NCBI GenBank assembly: GCA_963797555.1
Contig: CAWCPV010000007.1
Location: 384,001 to 448,000, forward strand
Length of the DNA stretch: 64,000 nt
Reading direction: 5' to 3'
Source of the DNA: an uncultured Gammaproteobacteria bacterium
GTDB lineage: Bacteria; Pseudomonadota; Gammaproteobacteria; CAWCPV01
Shown here: piece after piece, positions 22,033 to 31,437 of the stretch
Layout of the letters: each line of letters begins with the position of its first letter
Numbering within the stretch: the first letter of the stretch is position 1
The notes under the pieces: generated by a model
What the model was told of the DNA's origin: nothing
Databases searched by the model: none
What the model saw: only the letters and a program-made list of their open reading frames with translations
Position numbers and translations under genes: made by a program

Positions 22033-23098
22033 TCAAGGGCTGATGGGCGCCTTCGAGGCGCTGAGGGGTGTTCGCGAGGACGAGAACAGATGCGCGTTTT
22101 CTCTCACCCAGTGGATCAGTTGGTGCACGCCGTCGCGGACACCGATCTGCGGCCGCCAGCCTAACCGGTCCCTCGCCTTGCCGAGGTCGCAGACGAACAC
22201 GGGCTGGTCCCCCGCGCGCCACGCATCGAACGAGAGTGGAATCCGTGTGTCGAGGTCCGTTTCGAGGAGGACGACGAGTCTCCATCAGCGACAGGGTCTT
22301 GGAGGCCCCGCCCCCGATGTTGAATGCCTGGCCGTTCGCGATCTCCTGGTGCTCGATGGCGGCCTGGTAGGCGCCAACAAGGTCCTCCACGTGGAGCACA
22401 TCGCGAATCTGCTTGCCGTCACCGTAGATGGTGATCGGCTTTTGCAGCACGGCGGCAATGGTGAACCAAGCGACCCACCCCTGGTCTTCGATCCCGAACT
22501 GGCGCGGGCCGTAGATGCAGGACTGCCGGAAGGTCACGGTCTTGATGCCGTAAATGCGCGCGAAATCTATGGTGTACTGGTCCGCCACGCCCTTGGAGCA
22601 GCCATACGGGGAGTGGAAGTCGAGCGGGCGCTGCTCCGAGACACCCTCGGCGAGGTCCTGGTACTCGTAGCGGCCTTGGCGCTCCACGACACTCAGGTCC
22701 TCCATCTTGCCGTAGACCTTGTTCGTGGAGGCGTTGATGAAGAACGTCCTCGGGCTCAGGCGCCGCACCGCGTCCAGCATATTGAACGTGCCCAGGGCGT
22801 TGATCTCGAAGTCCTCGCGGGGATGGGAGACGGACGTGGTGACCGCCACCTGGGCCGCAAGGTGCAACAGGACGTTGGGGCGGGTGCCGCGCACCACGCG
22901 ATCCACTTCCGCCGCATCGCGCAGGTCCACGCGCTCGAAGTGCAGCGGCGCCCGCTCACGCAGCCACTGCAGGTTGTCCGGCGCCCCTCGGCGTGACAGG
23001 TTGTCGAGCACGGTGACGTCCCAGCCCTTGGCTGCGAAGTGCGCCGCCGAGTTGACTCCGATGAAACCGGCTCCACCGGTGATCAGGATGGATGGCAC
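22033..23098 (-). CDS. CDP-paratose 2-epimerase (CDP-tyvelose epimerase)-like NAD-dependent epimerase; frameshift near 22280
   Basis: ITGGAGFIG, LAAQVAVTTS, ASTNKVYG, DFHSPYGCSKG, EDQGWVAWF. Confidence 0.85.
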
Positions 23099-24389
23099 CC
23101 GCTCGCTCCTTGCCGTCCAAACGTGTATCGGAACGCGGCCCAGAACCGCTCGCGCGCGGCCCGCCTGCCGTAGCTTTCCTCGACCAGCCGTCGTGCCCCG
23201 ACCGACAGCGTCGCGCGGAAGGCTCGGTCACCGACGATGCGCCGAACGGCCTGAGCCATGGAAGGGGCGGCGAAATCGCACAGCAGACCGGTCCGGCCCT
23301 CCAGAACGAATTCCTCGGGGCCGCCGCTGCGGGTCGACACCACGGGACAGCCGCAGGCCATGGCCTCCAGCGCGGCGATGCACAGCCCTTCCTGGTGGGA
23401 CGGGATGACGAATACGTCGGTGCGCCGAAGGTGCTCGGCAATCTCACGAGCCCCCAGGTACGGGTGGAAGCGCACCGCGTCCCCGAGCGCCAGAGTCTGC
23501 ACCTGGGCGCGCACCGATTCGGGAGGCGCGCCCCCGATGAGATGCGCCGTGACCTGCAGGCCCGCGTCGCGGCAGCACTTGACGGCTTCGATGAGCAGTC
23601 CGACATTCTTGCGTGGGTCGTCGACCCGGCCCACGAAGCTCACTCGTCCCGGCATCACCTGGGCGGGGTCGGGGGAGAAGCGGTCGATGTCGACGGGCAT
23701 CGGCAGCACGTCGAAGGTGACCCTGCGGGCGGCCACGCGATTCAGTCCTTCCCCGGTGTAGCGGCTCAAGGCGAGTATAGTGCCGCGGCGCAACACCCGG
23801 CGTTCCAGGGCGCCGAGCACCCGGCCGTTGAGCAGGCGGTCGAGGACCCTGCGATACCAGGGGAACAGCCGAATGCGGTCGCGCCGGTCGTCATGCCAAG
23901 GTGTGGCGACCCAGGCCAGGAACGGCCGGTCGGTCAGTGCGTACCCGGTGGCCGCGAGGCAGTTCCCGGAAACCGCAACGTAATGCTGGCAGGATTCGAA
24001 CAGGCGCCGCCAGGAGCGGGTAGGCAGATAGTGCGTGAACTCCAGCTCGGGCAGCCACGCGCCCATGGCGTGCGCCTCGAAAGCGCCCAGAGCCCGCTCG
24101 GGCCGCGTGCCCACACGCCGGCGGAACAGCCGGTGCCCCGGCACGGACAGCTCGGGGGAGAGGCTATAGGGCTGATAGTACGCGACGACGGGCTCGTATC
24201 CTTCGGAGGCCAGTGTTCCCGCGACGAAGCTTGCCATCTGCGGGACGCCGCCGCTGATGGGCACGATGGTGGAGATCAGGACGCGTTCTGGTGGAAGGCA
24301 AAAAGCGCAAGGTGAAAGGTCGCCACGAATCACTCCTTTGACCTTTCGTCCTTTGCCAGCAATGGTGGAAATTAGGAGGCGTACGGGCA
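23083..24389 (-). CDS. Glycosyltransferase family 4
   Basis: FVGRVDDPRKN, PSHQEGLCIAALEAMACG; start uncertain. Confidence 0.8.
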
Positions 24390-24519
24390 TAGGGGGACAG
24401 GTAGGCAGGCATCCTGGCGGAGGAACCGATGTTGCGGTCAGGCGGCCTACGTCTTCGTCCCCGGGAGGCGCCTCCTGCAGGCGCGCGTTCCGGTCGGCAA
24501 CGCGATCTGCGGCCCCCAA

Positions 24520-24936
24520 TCACGCCTCGAGCGAGGCATCGACTGCTCGGGCGAAGGCGCGGAAGTCATCCAGTCCGCGTAGGCAGATGCCGAAGACGAT
24601 CTGCCAGTCGATGGCCCTGTAGTTGTGGATGGCGATGTTGCGGAAGCCGACGGCCTTCTTGAGGCGCTCGGCGAGGCTGCCGTCGATTATCTCTGCCTCG
24701 GCGAGCGCGTCGAACACGCCGCCCATCGTGTCGGGCACCCGCATGTCGCCTTCTGCGAGGAAGTGAGATCCCACATCCACACAGAGCTGGACGGCCCGCG
24801 TGAGGTTGAGCGCGACGATGTCCTGGGCGTCCGAGTCCGAGGCGAGCTGCTCGACGGTAGCCGGACACCGTGCCTGCACCCTCGTTACGCAACGGCGGAG
24901 GGACTCCAGCTTGTCGGCTAGGAGCCGCCTATCCAC
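24520..24936 (-). CDS. hepT: HepT-like HEPN RNase toxin (DUF86)
   Basis: GFRNIAIHNY (Rx4H); overlaps the upstream nucleotidyltransferase. Confidence 0.85.
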   Translation of the reverse strand: MDRRLLADKLESLRRCVTRVQARCPATVEQLASDSDAQDIVALNLTRAVQLCVDVGSHFLAEGDMRVPDTMGGVFDALAEAEIIDGSLAERLKKAVGFRNIAIHNYRAIDWQIVFGICLRGLDDFRAFARAVDASLEA

Positions 24937-25319
24937 CGACGCCGCCGTTCCGCGAGTATCCGGTCTCGATAGGGGAGCCAGTCGGCCTGTTCGAATACCA
25001 GCCTCTTGATGAGCTCTGCGTAGAGGGCGCGGTCCTTCAGGCAGACAAGCCGGCCTTTGCACAGGGCTTGGCGCAGGATTCCTGTTCCTGCTGTGCTGAG
25101 GTCGATCAGGTCGATGGGTCTCCCGGTTAATACGGCGAGGTCAGCGATGAGCGCAGCCTTCGCGTCGGCGGTGAGCGGGGCGGGACCAGCCACCGCCAGG
25201 TCGATGTCGCTGTCGCGACGCGCCCGGCCGCTGGCGACCGAGCCGAAGAGCAGAGCCAGGGCGACGGAAGGTTCCGCAGCGAGGCGCTCCTCGAGTCTGG
25301 CTTCGAGGTCCTTTGCCAT
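24918..25319 (-). CDS. mntA: MntA-like minimal nucleotidyltransferase antitoxin (type VII TA)
   Basis: LFGSVASGRARRDSDIDLAV (GSx10DxD). Confidence 0.85.
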   Translation of the reverse strand: MAKDLEARLEERLAAEPSVALALLFGSVASGRARRDSDIDLAVAGPAPLTADAKAALIADLAVLTGRPIDLIDLSTAGTGILRQALCKGRLVCLKDRALYAELIKRLVFEQADWLPYRDRILAERRRRWIGGS

Positions 25320-25446
25320 GGGACTAAGACGGGCAAGCGCCGGGAGTGGGTTCAGGTAGCAACTGCTGCGAGACGCACCCCAGCAGTTCGGCCGGGCCTC
25401 CTACACAGGATAAGGTGAAAGGCAGCTGCTTTCCTTGTGCCTTGTT

Positions 25447-27345
25447 TCACGCCGCGGCGCGCAGCGACGCTGACTCCGTGATCCTTGTGCCGAGCACGTA
25501 CGCCCAGCGCCGGGCCCAGGGCGTGCCTTTTCTGGTCAGCGGCCCCATGGAACTCCAGCTTCCGACCCGCGGGTCGCCGGCGAGCCAGTCGTCGATCGGG
25601 ACCGTGAAGCCGGTCTTCGCCCGGTCCGCCACGACGGCCGGAAGAGGCGGGCGGGGACTCTCCGACAGCCAGCGCTTGCCATGCGGGCGCGCCGATGCGG
25701 CGAGGACCGGCGCCACGTCACGGAGCAACTGGATGTCCACCAGCGGCGTGCGCACCTCCAGGGAGTGGGCCAGGCTCGCCCAGTCGGTGTCCCTGAGAAG
25801 CTGGTTGCGCATGTACAGCGATGCCTCCAGGGCGGCCACGCGCGCGAAGGGCGACACGGGATCGGGTGCGAGGGCGGCTTGCACGTGTCCCAGCGGTTGA
25901 AGTTCGGCCAGACCCGCCGCCACGAGTTCGGGGTCCATGAACCCGCTGAGCTCCCACGGCATGAACAGTCCGCGGCGCAGGAGGTAGGCGCCGGGGTATG
26001 TGCCGCCGTACTTGAGGAGACCCGCGGTCTTGGGACTGAAACCCGAGGTCTGAGGAGCGAGTACGGAGACCGCGTGGCGAAACGCGTCACCCAGCCCGGG
26101 GACTCTGGACGGCAGAGCGAAGGTGCGGACCCACCGGGGTATGTCCCGAAAGGTGGGGTACCCGCCGAACAGCTCGTCGCCGCCCAATCCCGAGATCGCG
26201 ACCTTGAGCCCCAGTTCGGCCGCCGCCTTGCTGACGAACCAGGTGTTCACCCCGTCGATGCTGGGCTGGTCCATGGCATCCAGAATGCGGGGCAGGTCGG
26301 CCTGGAACTCGGTGCGGGTGACGGTCCGGACGACATGCTCCGCAGCATACCGGCGGGCGACCCGCGCGGCGAGCGGCGCCTCGTCGCCGCGCTTCCCACG
26401 AAACTCCTCGAAGGCCAGGGTGACAGTGTTGATTCGCGCGGGTTGTGGCGGGCGACCAGCGTTGGAGGCCTCCCGCTGAGCCTCGCTCATCAGCCCGAGG
26501 AGGGCGCCGGAGTCGACGCCCGCCGACAGGAACAGGCCCACCGGGACGTCCGCGATCATGTGGTGCCGCACGGAGTCGAGTAGGGCGGCGCGGACGCGTT
26601 CGCCGAGGTCCCCCTCTGCGAGCGGCTGTGGGCGTCGGACGGCGTCGTGCCAGACGCTCGACACGGAGCAAAAGGTTTCCGGTGTCCGCGGTCCGCAGTC
26701 GGTCACCCAGAGGTAGGTGCCGGCAGGCAACGCGCGGATGCTCCGGTAGATGGTGTGGGGTTCCGGCACGCTGCCGAACAGGTAAAAACCAGTCAAGCCG
26801 GCGGGACACAACGATCGGGAGATACCACCGCCCATGAGCAAGGCCTTGACCTGAGAAGCCGCCCGCAATGTTCCGCCGTCGTCGGCATAGTAGAGAGGCT
26901 TGATGCCGTAGGGGTCGCGGGCGAGAAGGAGGGCGCGTTTGTGAGCGTCCCACAAGGCGAAGGCGTACATGCCGCGCAGCTCGTCGAACATACCCTCGCC
27001 TTTGTCGGCGTATAGATGAAGCAGCACCTCGGTATCGCTGTGGGAGCGGAAGCAGTAGCCTTTGCGTTCGAGCGCTCCGCGCAGCGCACGGTAGTTGTAG
27101 ATCTCCCCATTGAAGCTGACGACCACCCCGCCATCCTCGGTGCTCATGGGCTGGGCACCGCGGTCCGACAGGTCGATGATGGACAGACGCCGATGGCCCA
27201 GAGCGAGGCGCCCGCTCTCGGAGAACCACTCGCCCTTGCCGTCCGGTCCGCGCGCCGCCATGTGGTCGCGGATGCGGCGCAGCTCCTCCCGGTCGATCCG
27301 AGGCGCTGAATGTCGGTACGCGTAAATGCCGGCGACGCCACACAT
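25447..27345 (-). CDS. asnB: Asparagine synthase (glutamine-hydrolysing)-like amidotransferase
   Basis: MCGVAG, GHRRLSIID, FNGEIYN, ARDPYGIKPLY, LSAGVDS, SGLGGDELFGGY. Confidence 0.93.
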   Translation of the reverse strand: MCGVAGIYAYRHSAPRIDREELRRIRDHMAARGPDGKGEWFSESGRLALGHRRLSIIDLSDRGAQPMSTEDGGVVVSFNGEIYNYRALRGALERKGYCFRSHSDTEVLLHLYADKGEGMFDELRGMYAFALWDAHKRALLLARDPYGIKPLYYADDGGTLRAASQVKALLMGGGISRSLCPAGLTGFYLFGSVPEPHTIYRSIRALPAGTYLWVTDCGPRTPETFCSVSSVWHDAVRRPQPLAEGDLGERVRAALLDSVRHHMIADVPVGLFLSAGVDSGALLGLMSEAQREASNAGRPPQPARINTVTLAFEEFRGKRGDEAPLAARVARRYAAEHVVRTVTRTEFQADLPRILDAMDQPSIDGVNTWFVSKAAAELGLKVAISGLGGDELFGGYPTFRDIPRWVRTFALPSRVPGLGDAFRHAVSVLAPQTSGFSPKTAGLLKYGGTYPGAYLLRRGLFMPWELSGFMDPELVAAGLAELQPLGHVQAALAPDPVSPFARVAALEASLYMRNQLLRDTDWASLAHSLEVRTPLVDIQLLRDVAPVLAASARPHGKRWLSESPRPPLPAVVADRAKTGFTVPIDDWLAGDPRVGSWSSMGPLTRKGTPWARRWAYVLGTRITESASLRAAA

Positions 27346-27543
27346 GGACGGAGAAGCTAAGGAAAGTCAGAGCTTGTCGGCGTCGCTTTGAGACCCACGG
27401 CGCACGGGATACTCTTTCGGCGAGGTCGGCCGTGGCATGCGGGTTCGCTTGCGGCCCCGCGGTCCACGGCATGTTTGGGGCGCGCGTCGTGCCCTTGGTG
27501 GCAGAAACATCGGTGTCGGCGGGGCGCTCGCTGCCAGCGGAAG

Positions 27544-27912
27544 TCACGGATTCTGGAGCTGAGAGTCCCGGCGTATCCCCGGCAGCTCCTCCCGGAGTTC
27601 CTCCAGCAGACCCGTCAGGCGCTCGTACTCTTCCATCTTGGCTCTCAGGAACCGTGCCGTGGTCTGAGCCTTCTCGTGAAGGCCGCTGGGGGTCAGCAAG
27701 TAAGCGTAAGCGCGTTTTTGGGCGCTCGCCCGAAAACGGCGAGCCTCGATCCAGCCCTTTTGGACCAAGGCCTTGAGGCTATAGTTGGCCTTCCCCAGGC
27801 TGATGCCGAGGGCTCTGGCAAGCTCGCGCTGAGTGAGGTTCGGGTGAGCCTCGATGAGCTTGAGGAGCCGGTAGTGGGTCTCTTCTGGAGACAAAGGCAG
27901 GGGCTCGGGCAC
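27544..27912 (-). CDS. EPS-associated MarR-family transcriptional regulator
   Basis: LTQRELARALGISLGKANYSLKAL...YAYLLTPSG...FLRAKMEEYE. Confidence 0.88.
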   Translation of the reverse strand: MPEPLPLSPEETHYRLLKLIEAHPNLTQRELARALGISLGKANYSLKALVQKGWIEARRFRASAQKRAYAYLLTPSGLHEKAQTTARFLRAKMEEYERLTGLLEELREELPGIRRDSQLQNP

Positions 27913-27948
27913 GCTACCGCCGTACCGTGCGTTCTCTGCACAGTACGG
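27910..27948 (-). promoter_or_regulatory. JUMPStart-like hairpin plus ops element GGCGGTAGCGTG
   Basis: Exact ops consensus at 27921-27910, preceded by hairpin CCGTACTGTGC/GCACGGTACGG; rfaH nearby. Confidence 0.85.
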
Positions 27949-28018
27949 GCTTATCGCTCGTTGGTCTTGGGTGTTCGGACTCTTGTCAGCCGTTGCGCCG
28001 ACGCGGAGCCCGTTGGGT

Positions 28019-28033
28019 GTTCAAGTGTTGAAC
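28019..28033. promoter_or_regulatory. Candidate MarR operator GTTCAA-N3-TTGAAC
   Basis: Perfect inverted repeat upstream of the MarR gene; extra half-site at 28041-28046; TTGACA on - at 28063-28058. Confidence 0.5.
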
Positions 28034-28164
28034 GACCGCATTGAACCGACGCCGGGGTGTCAAGTCAAGGGCGAAGGCGGCACACGGCTCGCGATGACGA
28101 CGGTGTCCGGCGGTCGGACGCTGACGGTCGGCCCTCGACGGGCGGGGCCGAGCCGAATGCGAGG

Positions 28165-29166
28165 TTACCCGGAGGCGTTGCCCCGAACGCCGGACGCCCG
28201 GGCGATGCTCCAGTCCCAAGCAGTGCTTAAGATGGTCTCCAGATCATGATGGCGCGGTCGCCAGCCGAGCTCCGCCACCGCGCGTGTGGCCTCTCCGACT
28301 AGACGCGGCGGGTCTCCGCGGCGGCGCGGACCCACCTTTACGGTGAAGTTGCGCCCCGTCACACGGCGCGCTGCTTCGATGACCTCCTTGACGGAAAAAC
28401 CTATGCCGTTCCCAAGGTTGTAAGCCGAACCCGCGCTTCCTGCTTGCAGAGCGCGCAGGGCCAGCACGTGCGCTTCGGCTAGATCGGTGACGTGGATGTA
28501 ATCGCGGATACAGGTCCCATCCGGTGTCTCGTAGTCATCACCCAAGACCGTGACGTGAGGACGCCTCCCCGCTGCGGCGTCCAGCACCAGCGGGATGAGA
28601 TGCGTCTCGGGATCGTGGTCCTCACCCGTTTCGCCTGCCGGATCAGCCCCTGCGGCGTTGAAATAGCGGAGCGAGACGGAGCGCATGCCATAAGCCCGCT
28701 CGAAGTCCTGGAGCATCCGCTCGACCATGAGTTTGGACGCGCCATAGGGGCTGATCGGGTCCTGAGGGTGGTCCTCCGGTATTGGTATTCGGCGGGGCAT
28801 ACCATACGTGGCGCAGGTGCTGGAGAAGATGAACCGCTGGACGCCACGGTCTCGGGCGACTTCCATGAGGGTGAGGCTCCCGGCCACGTTGTTGCGGTAG
28901 TACCTTGCGGGGTTCTCCATCGACTCGCCGACGTAGGCGTAGGCGGCGAAATGCATGACCGCTTCGGGCCCATACTTCCGAAATACCTCATCGAGGCGCG
29001 CCCGATCGAGCACATCCCCTTCCTCCAGAGGCCCCCACTGGACCGCCCATCGGTGGCCGTACACCAGGTTGTCGAAGGTGACGGGCGTGTATCCGGCCTT
29101 TGCCAGGGCTTTGCAGGCGTGGCTGCCGATATAGCCTGCGCCGCCGGTCACGAGGATGGTGGGCAT
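28165..29166 (-). CDS. galE: UDP-glucose 4-epimerase
   Basis: VTGGAGYIGSH, HFAAYAYVGES, PYGASK, LRYFNAAG, DGTCIRDYIHV. Confidence 0.93.
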   Translation of the reverse strand: MPTILVTGGAGYIGSHACKALAKAGYTPVTFDNLVYGHRWAVQWGPLEEGDVLDRARLDEVFRKYGPEAVMHFAAYAYVGESMENPARYYRNNVAGSLTLMEVARDRGVQRFIFSSTCATYGMPRRIPIPEDHPQDPISPYGASKLMVERMLQDFERAYGMRSVSLRYFNAAGADPAGETGEDHDPETHLIPLVLDAAAGRRPHVTVLGDDYETPDGTCIRDYIHVTDLAEAHVLALRALQAGSAGSAYNLGNGIGFSVKEVIEAARRVTGRNFTVKVGPRRRGDPPRLVGEATRAVAELGWRPRHHDLETILSTAWDWSIARASGVRGNASG

Positions 29167-29224
29167 GAGGCTCGGTGAGTGATGAACAGTGACCCGTAGT
29201 TTAGCCGGGCAGGGGAACAGCAGG

Positions 29225-29470
29225 CTATCCTTCCGGGATGGCGCGGATCAGACCCACGACCGGTCGCGAAACGTCTTCGACTCCGCGCTGGACTTGGACC
29301 AGCGCGGTTAAGTCGCAGACGCCGGCCAATCGGGAGATCTCAATCTGGCTACCCGCATTGCCCGCAGACCCGGAGGCCGCGCAAGAATCTCGACGGCCTC
29401 CCTGCGATTTTGCCGGGCGGCTCCCTCCGGGAATTGCGCGCAATCCACAGCACGGCGTGCGGCGTCGTGA
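29225..29470 (-). pseudogene. Four-helix-bundle (IVS-type) protein remnant
   Basis: RRAV..PEGAARQNRRE and SQIEISRLAG...VGLIRAI fragments in different frames. Confidence 0.5.
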
Positions 29471-29548
29471 AACGGGTCCGAGTCAACTGTGGGGTTGCCT
29501 CGAGGGCCGGCGAATCGCGGCGGGTTATGCTGCCCAGTGGTCTGATCG

Positions 29549-30520
29549 CTAGTCACGGATGGGTGAGCCTCTCAGCAGCCCGTCGAAATAGGCGACCGTG
29601 TGCACCAGCCCTTCTTCCAGCGCCACCGCGGGCTCCCAACCCAGGTGCTGGCGGGCGACGGAAATGTCCGGGCAGCGCTGAGCGGGGTCGTCGGCGGGCA
29701 GCGGCTTGTGGACGATCTCCGAGCGTGAGCCGGTCAGCTCGATCACCTTCTGGGCCAGCTCCAGGATCGTGAACTCCGTCGGGTTGCCCAGATTGACGGG
29801 CCCGGTGAAGTCGTCCGGCGTTTCCATCAGGCTGACGAATCCCTCGACCAGGTCGTCGACGTAGCAGAAGGACCGGGTCTGACCGCCGTCGCCGTAGATG
29901 CGTGATGGTCTTCGGTCCTGCAGATGCCTGCACGATGAAATTGGAGACCACGCGCCCGTCGTTGGGGTGCATCCGGGGTCCGTAGGTATTGAAGATGCGG
30001 GCCACCTTGATCGCGCCTTGTGCTGGCGGTGATAGTCGAAGAACAGCGTCTCGGCGCAGCGCTTGCCCTCGTCGTAGCAGGCACGCGGTGCCGATCGGAT
30101 TGACGTGGCCCCAGTACTCCTCGGGCTGCGGATGCACCTGCGGGATCGCCATAGACCTCGCTGGTGGATGCCTGGAGGATCCTGGCCCTGATCCGCTTGG
30201 CCAGCCCCAGCATGTTGATGGCGCCGTGCACGCTGGTCTTGGTGGTCTGCACCGGGTCGAACTGGTAGTGGACGGGCGAGGCCGGACAGGCGAGGTTGTA
30301 GATCTCGTCCACCTCCACGTAGAGCGGGAAGGTGATGTCGTGGCGCATCACCTCGAAGTGCGGGTCGCCGAGCAGGTGCGCGATGTTGTCCTTGCGTGCC
30401 GGTGAAGAAGTTGTCGACGCAGAGCACGTCGTGCCCGTCGCTCAGGAGCCGCTCGCACAGGTGCGAGCCGAGAAACCCGGCGCCGCCGGTGACGAGGACC
30501 CGCTTGCGCAGCATGTCCAT
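29549..30520 (-). CDS. uxs: UDP-glucuronate decarboxylase (UDP-xylose synthase), several frameshifts
   Basis: [54 protein letters not shown] across frames. Confidence 0.88.
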   Translation of the reverse strand: MDMLRKRVLVTGGAGFLGSHLCERLLSDGHDVLCVDNFFTGTQGQHRAPARRPALRGDAPRHHLPALRGGGRDLQPRLSGLARPLPVRPGADHQDQRARRHQHAGAGQADQGQDPPGIHQRGLWRSRRCIRSPRSTGATSIRSAPRACYDEGKRCAETLFFDYHRQHKARSRWPASSIPTDPGCTPTTGAWSPISSCRHLQDRRPSRIYGDGGQTRSFCYVDDLVEGFVSLMETPDDFTGPVNLGNPTEFTILELAQKVIELTGSRSEIVHKPLPADDPAQRCPDISVARQHLGWEPAVALEEGLVHTVAYFDGLLRGSPIRD

Positions 30521-30674
30521 GGTTCACGTGCCACTCCGTGCCGGCACCGGGACACCGTGCTGTCCACCTTCAGGCACGCGACCGGCCCGCAACGCTGCTT
30601 CGGCGCCTCGCCTCCGCTTAGCCGGCGGGACCCCTGCCAACGGTCCCCCTGTCATCGTTCTCGCCCGCTGGATG

Positions 30675-31175
30675 TCAGGCGCAGGACGTGATGAGGTCTC
30701 CGTCTATCTGCACCCCAACGGACCGCCCGAGCATGTCGAGCAAGATGAGCACCCGCTCTCGACTGGAGCGGGCTGTGAAGATGCCTTCCAACCCGGCCAT
30801 GGGGCCGCGGAGCACACGGACCCTTTCACCCTCCCTGAAGTCGAGCTCTGGCGCGACGTGGTACCCCTCGTCCGTTTCTCGCGCCTCGATGCCAGCGACG
30901 ATCGTTGCGGGTACCACTGGCACTTGGTACCCGAACCGCACCATGCAAGTCACGCCGAACGTGGAGCGGATTGGTGCCCAGTCGTCGGCCAGATCATCCA
31001 GCTGGATGAACAGATAGCGTGGGAACATGGGCTCGATGACCTGGACCCACTGCCCGGCGCGCTGGCGCCTGTTCAGGATTCTGGGAAGGTAGGTGGTATA
31101 GCCTTGACGGTCCAGGTTCACCTGTGCCCGCCTCTCCTGCCGCGGCTTGCAGAAGATCAGATACCAGTTCTGCAT
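30675..31175 (-). CDS. rfaH: RfaH-like transcription antiterminator
   Basis: WYLIFCKPRQERRA, EPMFPRYLF, IRSTFGV, ERVLILL. Confidence 0.9.
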   Translation of the reverse strand: MQNWYLIFCKPRQERRAQVNLDRQGYTTYLPRILNRRQRAGQWVQVIEPMFPRYLFIQLDDLADDWAPIRSTFGVTCMVRFGYQVPVVPATIVAGIEARETDEGYHVAPELDFREGERVRVLRGPMAGLEGIFTARSSRERVLILLDMLGRSVGVQIDGDLITSCA

Positions 31176-31241
31176 CTTGTCTAGGTCTCCATCTAAGGAG
31201 ACAGATCCCAGACAAGCTCTGGGGGATCGTCTCCTGCGGTC

Positions 31242-31324
31242 TTCGGCAGCCCGCGGCTGCCATCGCTCGTATGAGCCTCGGACCTGGCCTCGCGCCGCCA
31301 CCTTCCGGTAGCTTTGCCTTTGTC
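31242..31324 (-). ncRNA. c-di-GMP-I (GEMM-I)-like riboswitch, variant
   Basis: AAAGGCAAA-GCTACC-GGAA-GGTGGC-GGCGCGAGGCC...ATGGCAGCCG..GCTGCCGA follows the GEMM-I layout, with several A>G deviations. Confidence 0.6.
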
Positions 31325-31378
31325 GGAACTGCGCGGTCAGCGGCAGCCTCGGGCGAGGCGCCTCTGCGGATCGTCCCT

Positions 31379-31406
31379 ATTATGCAGTCCGCCCGCGGTA
31401 TGTCAA
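31379..31406 (-). promoter_or_regulatory. sigma70 promoter for riboswitch-rfaH
   Basis: TTGACA-N16-CATAAT. Confidence 0.65.
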
Positions 31407-31437
31407 CTCCCAGAATGGTTGCGCGGGCACATGGGTG

